Positions 62,925-64,000 of a stretch of DNA of 64,000 nucleotides are shown piece by piece. The stretch spans positions 3,472,001 through 3,536,000 of the forward strand of contig OZ193910.1 in assembly GCA_964276515.1 (NCBI GenBank), read 5' to 3'. Each line of letters begins with the position of its first letter. Within the stretch, counting starts at the first letter, position 1. The notes beneath the pieces were generated by a model that saw nothing but the letters and a program-made list of their open reading frames with translations, did not search any database and was not told the origin of the DNA. The position numbers and the translations under genes were made by a program. The DNA comes from Gordius albopunctatus. Its lineage: Eukaryota.

Positions 62925-64000
62925 CTCTTCTTCTTTATCGTGTTGAAAATCCCACAGACGTGGAATACGTTTTCAGCAGCCTCTTCCATCTAAGTCGTGT
63001 GAATGCCATGCCAATTTCCATCTGTTTGACGTCCATATCCTTTTCGACCAGTCGTTTCCAGGTGGCACATGGTCTGCCCCTTCCTCTTCTTCCAGGCACA
63101 TCCATCTCCAGCGTTCGGCGTGTGACATCGTCTTCGTCTCTTCGTAATACATGGCCGTACCACCGCAGTCGATTTTCTCCTAAGAAGCCCTTCGTCGCTT
63201 GTAGACCCATCTTTGTCATCAAGGATTCGTTCGTCATGCGATCCAGCTTGGTGTAGCCTAAGCTCCATCGCACCATTCTCATTTCCGTGACTTGCAAGAG
63301 TTTCTCCTCCGCGGTGGTTACAGCCCATGTTTCGCTCCCGTAAAGCAAGACCTGTCGTACGATGGTTTTGTACGCCTTGCTTTTCAACCAAATTGGTATC
63401 TTTTTGTCATACATGACACCGGAGATGCTGCGCCACTTGAGCCATGCTTTCTTGATCCGAGAATGGACTTCGGCGGTACATCCTCCCTCTTGATGTAATA
63501 GCGCGCCAAGATATGTGAACTTATCAACCTCCGTGTACCTTGGACCGTCATTTTTGTGCATTTGCGGACTACCGCCCATCGTTTGCATGTAAACCGTTTT
63601 CTTCTCGTTGACCTTTAACCCGAATTCCGAAAAACGTTCTGACCATTTTTTCGCCTGATGAAAAACCCCTTCTCTTGTTTCATCGCATAGGACAATATCG
63701 TCGGCATATAGCATAGTCCAAGGGGCTGGCTTGTGCAAGTCCTTTGTTATTGTATCCATAATTAGATTAAACAAGAATGGGCTTAAAGCTGATCCTTGAT
63801 GTAGTCCGATCATTACTCGGAAGGGTTTCGTTACTCCTACGGTAGTCCTAACAGATGCAACCGCGCCATTATACATTTCCTTGATAAGTCGAACATATCC
63901 TTCGGGTATATTTCTGGCTCTAGGGGACCACCATATTAAGTCTCTCGGAACCGTATCGTAGGCCTTTTCTAAATCGATGAAGGCCATGTGTAAGTTCTTT
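62925..64000 (-). mobile_element. RTE LINE 3' portion, running off the window end
   Basis: Uninterrupted 350-aa RT ORF (FIDLEKAYD, YADD, RLRWYGHV), near-identical to 28416-29970; short (AAG)n tail. Confidence 0.93.

Overview
AT-rich, repeat-dense animal nuclear DNA with spliceosomal GT-AG introns. Host genes: an intact 14-exon SEL1L/Hrd3 gene (+, 1391-14175), an intact 2-exon ZNF593/Bud20 gene (-), and a phase-consistent 8-exon gene of unknown function (-, 38743-44984). Gene relics: an orphan WDR5-type last exon and a CenH3/CENP-A-like pseudogene with an internal inverted duplication. A ~2.3-2.5 kb NUMT (rrnL, three tRNAs, cob) holds a decayed in-frame palindrome like those in nematomorph (horsehair worm) mitochondrial genes; the host taxon is only an inference. 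Mobile DNA: several RTE LINEs, two diverged APE-RT LINEs that share an E-to-Q change in the endonuclease QET motif, a truncated Gypsy element, hAT, MULE and Chapaev-type relics, MITEs and Helentron-type (DINE-1-like) elements. The most unusual feature is a 3083-bp head-to-tail retroelement (1.4 copies, 33049-37340). It encodes a Gag/core-like ORF and an RT-RNase H with hepadnavirus/HEART-like motifs, and has no integrase, tyrosine recombinase or endonuclease. It also has a duplicated CCAAT-TATA-Inr module and a structured spacer containing AATAAA, which suggests a circular, pregenome-like replication cycle. All calls were made by eye; no database searches were run.
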